Shown here: positions 33,779 to 45,503 of the stretch, in pieces
How positions within the stretch are numbered: the stretch's first letter is position 1
How the letters are laid out: each line of letters starts with the position of its first letter
Assembly: GCA_040954595.2 (NCBI GenBank)
Contig: CM082578.2
Location: 13,670,304-13,734,303 of the forward strand
Length of the DNA stretch: 64,000 bases
Reading direction: 5' to 3'
From: Balanoglossus misakiensis
Taxonomy: Eukaryota; Animalia; Hemichordata
Position numbers and translations under genes: made by a program
The notes under the pieces: model-generated
What the model saw: the letters and a program-made list of their open reading frames with translations, nothing else
Databases searched by the model: none
Told to the model about the DNA's origin: nothing

Positions 33779-34826
33779 ATTCATTGGACGAAGACGGTGG
33801 CATACAAAATAGAGGTGGCAAATCTTCCAATGTTTTGTATTCATGATAGAAATCTCCTACGCCCATGTTTTCAAGCTACTAGAAAAAAAACGAGTTTTGG
33901 AACAGCAACCGGATTTTGTCAAAACTCGACAAAGCAACAGTGCACAATTAGGTGCTAATGACGAGGGCGGTGTTAACGCTTCCCCGCCAACTGTCCGGCG
34001 GTAAGGAAGCCTGTTTACTGCCTTGTCAAGATGTCGCAACCTCGTCCCGTTCACACCCGTCGGTGGTATTTGACATGAAACCCTCTAACTTACACCTGGA
34101 AGATACAATGGTTGTTCCCGGAGGAGGCAGCAAAGTTTTCGAAACGAAAAAAGACAGGAACTGTGTAAATGTGGGACCCATACCCGCAGACGGCCGGGAA
34201 TGACTCACCCTCCAAGCAATAACTAATCACATTACGTCACGCACGTACATACGTCCCAGGCCTAATAACTGGACTCAATACAACCGCCAGGACACCGAGA
34301 AATCTGTGCAAACATTTTATTTAAATTAATCCTTAATTATTATAATTATATAGCACATATGAAAATATAGAGACAATACATTACATTATAGACAAATTGG
34401 CTTCATACACTACTGCAGTTCATAAGGTACTCTCTGGTTGATACTAATATAGCATGTGTTTTGAGTGCAGGCAAGTAATAAATTAAGCATATAGCAAAGA
34501 TGCATTTTCAAAAATCATTTGGGATGCACGACTAGAGACGACGACGGTGTTCTGGTGACAATTTGGGCACAGCACCCCCCCCCCGGCCCCAATGTAATAG
34601 AAGAACTGTGGTTTGGCCTTGTGACTGGGATCTGGACCACTGTTACTAGGAAGCCATGTTTCACAGCGGTAACCACCCGCAAGCGATTTACTTACAATGT
34701 ATATATAGGCACATGTAATTGCACTATTGCGTGATCATTAATATGAACACTGTCCCGTGTTTATAATAGTTTAAATTATACATCAAGTCGTGTGCAGAGT
34801 GTCACAGTGTCCGCAAAACCCACATA

Positions 34827-37800
34827 TTATCGTTTGCCGTAGGTGTCGCTCGCCGACATTATTCCCTCTGAAAAGACCAGTCCGTTGGCGGCACGAAAGT
34901 GTAACGCAGACGGTAACGGTATGCGCAGAGGTGGTAACGAAACCACAGACGGCCTGACTGTGCAAAGTAACCCACCATCTGCTGACTGTAATTCCGACGA
35001 ATATCCGTTGAGCCTATGAGTATGAACAGATGCAAACGAAAGGTAAAAAAATAAAAATGCTGGTAGATCTGTTTTGGACAAATTAATACCACAATGTAAC
35101 AGTAGTGATGATGACGACAATGACTAAATTGGCTAAGAATCTTTAGTGCGATAAAACACACACACAGAAATATTCGATTTTTACTAAAGTTACTAGTACC
35201 TTGGGTGTGTAAAGCATGGGGATTGATATCTGCTGCTCGGTAACACAGGTGGTGTGAGAACGTGAAGCTTGTCTTGTGCATAACTTGCAAAGCCAACGTC
35301 TTGAGGGTGAGGGTGGTTAGCGTGAAGGCCCGCGCCCATCCCGAAGAGTTGATTCCGCATCCACAGCACACGGCCTTCCTTCTGCGTCCTCTTGAACTTG
35401 GCTCGACGGTTTTGAAACCAGATCTGATTGGATTGAAGCGTTCAGATAATTTAGGCCTATTTGAAATTTGTTTGGTAGAGGGGGGAGACATACAGCGAAC
35501 TACCGAATATCGTTCTAAGCAACTCAACAAAGCTATACATGGCAGCATTATGGTGGCAAAATCAAAATCCATATTTGAGAAATTTAACACAAGTCAGCCC
35601 ACCACCAAGACCAGTGAATGTTCTGAACAAAACGCTTTAGGATATTTTGGGCGTGGATGGACGTTGACTGTGGGACAAAAGCTGTTAGCAGGTGCCTCAC
35701 CATGTTCACGCACGTTGACAATGGGAGGGAAGAATGTGAACAGTGCAACTAATTGAGCGCCATTGTTTTTGATCGTAAGTGACACACAGTCACATCTACA
35801 ACTGGCATTGTATGGGTAGGGAAACTCATTTCCACGTCTTCTCCTTGAAATCTTTAGGGCAGATGCTTTGTCGAAAGAACTGTTGATTTCTTTTCAAAAC
35901 GTCTTCCGCAATTCATTTGCTTTCCCACCAAAAACGCACGACACCCAATTTCACGTATTCGTTATCATCCATGTTACGTTGTGTGTGTGTGTGTGTTTCT
36001 TGTATGCGTCATCCCCGAAAAATGTTGATGTGATGAGCAGCGTGTTCACTACGGAAAGTTTCTTTAATGTGTTCTTAAATCTTAAAGAATTAAATTTACC
36101 TGAACCCTCTCCTCGTCCAAGTCCAAGGACTGGGCGATTTCTTCCCTGACGACCAAATCTGGATACTGTTCTTGGTGAAACATTTGCTCCAGTGCGTCCA
36201 GTTGTGTGGTGCTGTAAGTGGTCCTTGCGCGCCTTTTCTTCTTGGTCTGCACCTCGTCCGGCTCTCTTACTCCGCCTGTTGTCGTCAGACACTCGTCAAG
36301 ATGCTCGACACCCGCCGTTGGCGATGCTCTCTTTTTCGAGTGGTAATCTCCGGCTGAGCAGGGGGGAGGAAACAAATGCCAATTAGTGAGTCATTGGTTA
36401 TACGCGCGCGTGTGTGTGTGGGGGGGGGGGAGGGGGGTCATTGCGCATCTTCATTAAGATTATGCATCGGCGACTCATCCACCCCAAAGTCGATTGAATC
36501 TTTAGTATATTTCTTACAGGCTATCACTTCTCTGAGAGAGTCAATGTAAACGCCTGCTCGATGTGAAATTGCCGAATAAATAATTTTGTTTGGATTGCAT
36601 CATGTTAATCTATAACAGTTCATGCTGTCTGTCATTTGGAGGCGAAAGGACAGGGGTTCTAACAAAGCTTTTGAAGCATTTTGCTGTTTCTGCAGAGCGG
36701 TGGTTTATTGTTGGGAACCGGTCGTAGTCCACGCTCTGATTCTGGCCTTTGTATTAGCCTGACAGGTATGCCAATGTGACCATTGTCCAAAACATCTTGT
36801 ACGCCTTTGTCACAAATTAGCCTGATAAGTGAAAGACAAATTAGCTTTGAAACATTGAACAAACTCCAAAACAGCCAATTGGCGATGAATAGACAAACTC
36901 ATTATGTCCAATTTCAGTAGGAGTCCCTACCAACTAATTAACGCTGAATACATTAGGCGATTTTACTTTCTATTCAACTTCTAAATAATATTTATTAATC
37001 GTCTTTCCGATTTGAGCCCATCTTTACATTTCCTTCAAATCTCGAAAGACAAACAAATCCCCCGGAACCCCCTGCCAGTCATGTGAATTCTTGAGAAAAC
37101 CATTTTTCTCTCGTGTTTCAATTTCATATCAAAACTATGTGCGTTTTACCACGAACTTTTCAAGCGTGCTTTAAATGTGCGATGAGCTGTACATAAGCTT
37201 ACACGTAAAAATATCATGTACCGGGGTAATTTGGTTAATCGCGTGGAAGGCCCCATACGAGAAGTGGCGATGGTCGTTTTGTAATCCCCTTTCCAGAACA
37301 AAGAGTACAATTTACTCGTCAAATCTTCTTAGTATTTCGACATCTGCTCTCACATTAAATCCCCGTCTGAACCCGTTCAAACAAAAATATGGTTCGTCCA
37401 CTTGTGTGCACATCTTCTTCGTGGTATAAGTAACGGTATCATGTCTTCTGTCTGTTTCGTTTTGCTTGTGAAACCAAATTTGAATGTTTGGGGTTTTATT
37501 CCATATTGAACTAGCCATAACTAAGGATTTTGACGTAATCCGTGTGAAGAACAGGGGTCATACAATGCCATCATTTATCGGTTAGAAGAAGGTACTGACA
37601 TTTTGTCGTTCGTCAACTTCTAAAATGACTGCTTTCTGTGTTCGAGCTGAAGTCAACTTCACAATAAATACCTTAGGAACTATTAAACGATTTGATTTTT
37701 CTAAATACATGTGAAAAATACTACTTCGCACATTTTTACGTTTCCCATTGTTCTTTAAACGACATATTTCGCAAACCGGGATTAATTCTCACCGTACGAG

Positions 37801-38971
37801 CAATGGATGATGAAGTCTAAACGACTGAGTTGTGACGTTTCATCTCACGAGAGAAAAATATACAAAGGGGTGAATGGAAACTAAATACACGTAAACACAT
37901 TTCCAAGTTCTTACTATAAAATGGGTATTTGTCATCATTGTAATCAAAACCTATGTTGTGGCCACACAGGAAACTCTTTTGTATCCCCCTTCTGCTTTTT
38001 GGTAGATAATGTCAAACATGTCAAGAAAAGATTGGGGAAACACGGTCATATTTTTCGTACTTGGAATGGTGCGTACTTTTACAAGCCTTTCTTAAAGATG
38101 TCCTTAAGTTTACACACGTCAAGGATTACTGTACTATACGCTCGGAGATCAACCATTGTTCTATTTTTGTCGACGACTGTCAGTGTCAATATAATTTTTC
38201 CCCGTGGCGATCTTTTGTATGGAACTGCATGCAGTTGCGAGAAAACAACACTACATGTATTTCACATTGCTTAAAATTTTGCTGTTTTTAGCGAACTCTA
38301 CCAACAGTAGAGTTTCTGAACCGCAAGAAATCGCGGGAAATGAATTTTATGTACTCATCTTCTACCATAGTCCCTCTTTCTTGAGGGACTGTGCTTATAC
38401 ACAACCGCAAGCTCAAGTTATATTGTGTCAATAATGTTCAACGCAAAAGACCCCAAACAAAAATCACCTTTCTTTCTATTTAAAAACATTTCCAGGTAAA
38501 TTTCTTCGAACTGAATGGAATACGTTTCCTTGGCCAATAGCGCATACGTTCGAGTTATTTCAAAAATAATATTGTATATGCAAATTTAGCTTCTTTGCCA
38601 TCCGATGCTTATAATTTGTGTGACAAGAAAGATTCAGTATTATAAATTAAGTATGTTTTTTTTCAAGCGAAACAATTTGTAATGACAGTATATATTATCC
38701 AACCTGTTGATTCGAATGTTTCCGTCCCTTCTTTGGCTATGGAGTTCTCACTGCCGTGTCTCGTCTTGAGCTTGTCCGTGGTTCCATCACTTTCCTCTCG
38801 TTCGACTGTCGTTCCCGTCCCGAGGATGTCTTTGATCGAGAAGGACTTGAACGACCTCCCACCGACATCCGGGCTTTGCGTTTCGTTGTTTCCAGAGTCC
38901 GTCCCACTGGCAAAACCAGAATCGCTTTCACCATCTGAAGTCACCGGGCATAGACCTGGGTTTTCAACCAT
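34827..38971 (-). CDS. PRD-class (Q50) homeobox gene C, Hesx/Anf-like features (exons 38971-38704, 36353-36100, 35423-35200, 35013-34827; about 310 aa; alternative stop at 35193 if the last intron is not spliced)
   Basis: N-terminal eh1 FSIKDILG. Homeodomain [62 protein letters not shown] with the 46/47 intron. All junctions are GT-AG and frame-compatible; the last donor (gtacta) is weaker. Confidence 0.88.
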
Positions 38972-39194
38972 TCTCGTCGAACCTTTGCAAAGTTTCGAAT
39001 GTCTCTTGTCGCTTCAAAGATGCGAAAAACTGGCCCTGTGCCGCTGGGAATACAAAGAGCTCTGCCCTGCTACGAGAAACCGACGTCACACTAATAAGAA
39101 GCAAGACTTGTTGTTTTCTACGATAATCTCGCTCGATTTTCGCGAGGTCTGGGCATCCCTGGTCTCTGGCAGAATCATTGAACCGTTCTTCGAG

Positions 39195-39400
39195 TCAGGC
39201 CTTTTATTCTTGTCGTCACCTTGACTATCAAAGACCAATCAGAAGCCAATGAGCGAACTGTTGTGTTCCCGCCGACGCCCCCTAGAGTGCTATGCAAACT
39301 CGCGTGCCTCTCATTCGTTAATATAATAAAAGCTAATTAATGACCATTCGCCATTTAGCTCATTACGGCTTAGGTGCAATTAGTGCATTGTTTAGGAATA
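39195..39400 (-). promoter_or_regulatory. Putative proximal promoter of homeobox gene C
   Basis: TATA-like AATAAAAG on the minus strand at about 39201-39208, TCF-type ATCAAAG at 39227-39233, two CCAAT boxes (about 39235 and 39246), and clustered TAAT/ATTA cores at about 39318-39385. Confidence 0.4.
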
Positions 39401-42400
39401 CCATTGTCAGACTATGCCGATAAATCAGAGAATAATTGACAGAAAAATGAAGACTGTCTGAATCTTTGAACCACACAGTGTATTGGGTAAACATACGCAT
39501 TTATTTTCGCAGTTTCTATATGAAAATTGTGTTTCATCCCAAACAATAAAACACCGGTTCCGGTACAGTATTAGAAACACATCCTCCTGTGTTTGAAATG
39601 AACATCAACTGTTTGTAACAGCTTTTGACAGAATCTCCATCTGCATGCAGCGTTGCTATGCGCATATATAGCATTGTCTGCTTTCCTTTGAACAGAGATC
39701 CTCCGTCCCTGTACAACCAAAGTATTCGACAGAAAAGAATTTAGCCTACACGTGTTTTAGGTAACGATCTACTCCAGGTGCAGTTTTAACTTAATTGAAG
39801 ATGAACCCGATTGCAATGTGTATGCAGCAGATCTATAGCTGATTTGCCCCCACCTCTTGTGACCGATCGCTCTCACTGCTACCTTTTCGGTGAGTAGCAT
39901 GTTGCATCCATGTGGCAGGTAGCTTAACTTGCAAAATAGTCCTTTGTTTGAATAGACCCGGATGAGAACACAGGTCAGTATTTATGGCGTTGTGCTACTG
40001 TCATATAAGCCGTGACGTCACTAAATCACGTGTTGCCTGCGCATACCACTTTCCTCCCCATAAAGTGAATTGTAATTTCTGCAATGTTTAGCGTTGCAAC
40101 AATCTGTCTCAAGTTTCAAGTTCTCACTTGCACTGTTCTGCTTTTATTGTTGACAAATTAATTCTTGTCTGGAATGTCTTCGTACATGTCGCAAGGAATC
40201 AATCCGGAAAATAACGCAGAAAAAGTTAAAAATACAGATATTTGAGCTTTATTAATAGTCGATGAAACATCATATGTAACACTGTCAACTCCCCAGGATT
40301 CATCCCTGGAATTTGTTTTATTATTCAAACGAGAGATACATCCGGCGAATTATTTTAATATGTTGAAAGGAAAGAAAACTTCTATTTATTGAACATGTCA
40401 CTGCCGTTATAATTGTGTGGTAACGATTTGACCTTCAAAATGCAGATCTGAGCTGGCAGTTCAAAGTGTCCCAACAACCACAAATCACCGCAATCGTCTG
40501 AGTGACAATCGTCTAAATTAGTCTTTAAGCGGTTGTGCGAAAATGTACGGATAAAATAACAAGAGGACGCGATGACCACGAAGGGAATAAATGGGTCAGG
40601 ATGGCGCGGATATTATTTCCTGTTTTGGCAATCCACGGTGAAGAACAAAATGAATGATGGGTAATTAGTAAACCAGGTCGATGATGTTGAAAACCGTGTG
40701 TGTGTCCGTTGAAAACCGTTACATGAATCCGTAGTATGACTTTCTTGCAATCAGTCCGGAAGAAGAAATAACCAACGGCTGGAGATAATTAGCCTTCAGT
40801 TTCCTCACCATTCAACAACTAATTGTCATATATTGAACCCCGTTCAAAACTTCTTATGAAAAGAATGAAGATTTGAACTAGATTTAGTTGAACCTGACGT
40901 CCTACGTGTGAATTGACACGTCACGAACGTCTTATGTACCGATGACATGTAGCTCAATATGTAATACTCGATGGTAAAATTGTCACAGAGCTAGTGATTC
41001 CTGAAAGTTACTCCGAAGACATTTACCCACATGGACATATTTCCCCCCGAAACTTAACAATCCTACAGGGACAAAGTTTCGGGGGGGGGGGATCTGTCCA
41101 TGGTTTCTTTATGGGTTAAATCTTGTGAGGAATCGTTTTGACAATAAAATACATGTACCATCAAATTATAAGCTTACAGTATTTCAAACAGGAGTATCAC
41201 AATAAACGGGGATTGAACAGTCACAGTTTTCTGACAATTTATGGCAGGTATTATCACTACCTTAAATAGTTGTTTGCTACCTAGGTTAGTAATAAAAATA
41301 ATATCGTCGGCATAATTTAATACAAAGGCACAAATTCTTCACCAAACAACAAACTTCACCCAATTATAATTTAATTGAATCCCTAGCATGAAGTAACAAG
41401 CTATTTAAGGTGGCGAGAATATTCCTGGGTGATACTGTGGTTTCCCTTTCCCTTTAATGATCATTGATGGACTATGATGTTTTACCTCACTTCAGCTGCA
41501 ACAGCTCACAAAGGACAGGATACCAGGCAAATTGGAACCGTCATTTAATTGGATTGAACTGAACACGACACGAAATTAGATCACGCAGGTTTCGGAAATG
41601 AACAATCTGGACTAAAATTGTTTAAATTATCTTTGCTGTTCGACTGTCAATAGTTCCACGGACACTGGAACTATTGCAAAAGACATTAATACAGTCATGC
41701 AGTTAACCTCCGACCTGTTAGAAACTGTCAAGAAACAAATCTTAAAATTTTAGTTTACAAAAAAGTCAACAGTCTGGAAATACTGCTTCCTCAATTGCAA
41801 ATTAATATCTATTTTGAATTGTCATAAAAATCAACGTTTATCTGCAACTATAAGTTAAACGTATCTCTGAAATATCCATTTGGATTTTGTCTTTGTGTGT
41901 GCATTCACATGAGTGTGCGTGCACGCATGCCCCTCCCCCCCCCCCGTGTAAAAACATCAACCACTACACATCAGAACAGATCGGAAACATCAAATAACAC
42001 ATCGATCGATACCCAGATCTCTTCACGCTGTCGTCTTTTTAGGATTAATTCGAGTGCTCTGACATTATCGCATTTCACAGGAAGAAGTCAAGGATTGTAG
42101 GCTGAAGTGTTTCTTCGGATGGTCGGATAATTTTCAAAATGGTTTTGATGCTCTTCACACCCAATTTGTCTTTGGGGTGTGCCTTGCCGATTGATGAAAT
42201 CTAATAGGTGTAAATGGACAGAGATCTCATCCACTCCGTCCATTTTAAATTCCCGTTTCCCTGTCTTTTTTTGCCGCCTACTCATCGCTCACTTTTTTTT
42301 GTTCTCTGTGTTTTTCACACAACGCACTCAGTTGATTTTCCCCTACTCCATTATTTCAAAGCGCATGGTAAACTCTTTCGGATGTGGAATCGTTTGATGT

Positions 42401-42919
42401 TCAAAATGTCCGGCAAACTACGACAAAAACAGTTTATATCCGAAATTTCAACAGTTTTGTAACTGTGTCAGTACGTTTGGTGCGGATCATGTGACGTGAC
42501 TTGAGACGCGTCAGAGCAAAGTTTTCGCTTCTGATTGGTTGGAGCCACCTGGACCACCTCCACTTGGAAATTTCCGTCTAGCCTTCCGTGCATTTCATAA
42601 GAGACGGCCACGTTGCTGCAAGAAGATACGGAAAACTCTACTCAAAAACAAAGTTTCTCCGCTGGATAGTTTGCTGTGAAGTCCACGGTAAGTAAAGTAA
42701 CAGAAGTAAACACAGTTACTCCATTTTGACCAGAAACATGGGTTATTCTGTGGCGAGTTACGCACAACTAAAAAGCCAGACGTTTACACCACAGAATTGA
42801 AAAAGAAGACCAGATGGGTATCCGGCAACCAAGCTTAGGACGAAGTGTCCATTTTCCGCGATGCAGCTGTAACTGTTGCTGGCAGTCTGCAGTGACCACC
42901 TTAGGCACCTAACATCTAA

Positions 42920-43160
42920 TTATTTTCAAAGACAAAGGAGTTGGATGTTCCAGGTTGTTTTTTTGCCATACAAGCCAACATTACCACAAGTCGGCCATTA
43001 TGAGATTTCCGTTTTCCATCGACCGTGTATAGCCTTAACCAATTTTAATTCAAAGTTGAGAATCCAACCAGTCGTTTTTGAGATATTGGTGACCCAGTCA
43101 CAGATAGACAGACAGACATCCGGTCCAACATAAGCTCCATGTTTTGCATGAGGGCTGAAA
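42920..43160 (+). mobile_element. Possible degraded non-autonomous interspersed repeat (HINE/DINE-like)
   Basis: The stretch gtttttgagatatt...cacagatagacagacagacatcc resembles the GACA-microsatellite core of Helentron-associated elements in invertebrates. Single copy in this window; termini not resolved. Confidence 0.3.
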
Positions 43161-45503
43161 AGTCAACTTCTACGGTTTAGAAAAAAAACCCTGGATCTTG
43201 CTGTTTTGAAGTGACCCCATTGTATGGCAATTACAGATGCAAAACATCGGAAATGGAGATTTTGTTAGCTGATAAAATCGGGTTAATTGTAAGCATTTGA
43301 CATGGTTTCTTCGCTAAACCATGGATGAGTAGGGTTGCTGTTGCAATCAATTTCACACTTTTTTTTCACCAGCTTATGAAACACACGACCGTAAAAAATA
43401 CGTAGGTCACAGCGCACAATATGGGCCCATTTGTTAGTGTACATTCGATAGCACAGAGTTTCGGGACAGACAATCCGCAAACATGTGCAGAACTGTGCAA
43501 ACTAACATTATAAATGTATGTGTGTATTATGAATATTAACGTTATGTTAACAAAATACAAATAGTAGTGTAATGTTCTTACACATGGAGACCACACTCCA
43601 CCATTTATTGAATCCGTCATTTAAAAGAAAAACCTTCCATTTCTCATTGATCCAACTTTTACTTCTTACCCTGAATATATTATTTAAAATCTCAGAGTTG
43701 GACCTTTTTAGACAGAAAAGTCCATTTTCTTTAAATTTTAAATAAATAAAAATAAAACTTTAAATTTTAAGGCATTAAGTTTAAAGGTCAATCACAACCC
43801 TTTCATACAGAAATGTCTTAGCTTTATATTCTTTTTGTGAGATTTTGAAAAGTTTTTTTCTCCCTTTTTCTATCAATCTGTGAAGAAAAAGTCCTTGTGG
43901 TTTTGAATACATATCTGCATTACTTAAAGCAGTTGATTTACGACATGGGTATATGCATGATTCTAGATTAAATTTTCTATAGAAAGCTGTTTGATTGTTG
44001 AAACTTAGGCAACTTATGAAAATCTCCCAATTCTGTACAATAGCTGGATTTGAAGGTTATATGTAACCCTTGCAATGTCAGAAGCGTTTGCCTTGTCTTC
44101 AACAAAAACAACTCCAAAACAATAATTATACTCTTTCATGCAAAATACAAACTCTGATTTCTAACTTCCTAAATAATGAAAACGGTCGTTGATAATTTAT
44201 GCAAAATACACAAGTTTATGACCTCTCAAATGTAACACAGAAGTAACCAACAAAGTTACTGAAACGTTGCCCGTTTGAAACTAAAAACCACATTAGTTTT
44301 GATTTCACTGGGACTGAAGTTCCCGTCTCAAATAGACTTCCACCCTGAGTAGTAAAAATGAAACCAGCAATATAGTCAAATCATTCAGGCAAATAACCTA
44401 TCAGACGTGACATGACATGGCATAGTAAGGTTTCTTAAAGGCTCTGAGTAACACACCCTGTGATTGGACAAACCGTGGACATCGCTACGTAAAAACAAAA
44501 AAAAATTTGACAGCAGAATCCCTGTATGTGATATTAATGTTGAACAACAATTTCATTTTTCAATTGACCTACGGTTTCCATCATGTCATCACTGCAATAC
44601 ATTTGATGGTGAAATTTACACAGAATCAAATGCTTAATGGATGTCAATAAGGGCACTACAATGCACTCAATATTTCACATTATTTTCATGAAGATAACAA
44701 ATCCCTCTCAAATTCACAGTTGCATGTTTAACTTATCTTTGAAGTTACAATTCACTGAGCTGACAAAAATGAAAATATTTTTAAAGCAAACAAATGTCTT
44801 TTTGTTCAGATAATCACAAAATCTTACAATATTCAATGGTTCACAACAATATAATACTTGTAAACAGAAAAAATCCTACAAGGTCGTAGATAATTCCCCA
44901 TGTCAACATCAGTTCCAAGACAAGGCAAACCATTCTTGCCATTACATTGAATGTTCATTTAATTTGCATCAGCATCTAACTTGTTTGTCTTCTTGACATA
45001 CTCTGAATGCTTTGAATTTTTTTGCAACATACAGAAATAGAAGTTTTTACAAATATTTATGCATAGTTGCCATGGAAAAAGATGCATATTCCATAGAACC
45101 CTAAAAATAATCCAAAAGGCGTAGCTTTTCCTCCTATCATTACTTGAAATGGTAAAGAAGCTGTTCCCCCCCTTGGCTCAATTTTCTCATAAAATTTAGT
45201 GCGACCTGCCATCTGTAAGTCAGAATTCTTGCCTGGTGGAAAGTGTTGTGAACTTGAACTCTACACAACTAATGCGACAAAGAAAACTGAGCAAGTTGCA
45301 ATACTTGTTGGAAACAGAAAGTACAAACTTCTCAGCTGATATACTTGTATCAGTAGGGAATGGTTGAAGTTCAGACTGAAAGGGTCAGCCACTGAGGGCG
45401 CTTTGTGGTGGCTGGTTGCAGGTGGCTTGATGAAGAGCGCCCTCAACAAACTGAACAGAACATTCATTCTAGTTGAAGTTAAGCAAATTCAGAAGAACAG
45501 AAC

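Noticed and set aside
34859-35756. 243-aa (-) and 164-aa (+) ORFs near homeobox C
   Set aside because: They overlap exons 3-4 of gene C in other frames or strand and run through intron sequence. The true frame is IWFQNRR.
38571-38585. ATTGTATATGCAAAT as a Sox-Oct composite element in gene C intron 1
   Set aside because: Spacing is one base longer than the canonical composite, and a single hit in AT-rich DNA is not persuasive.
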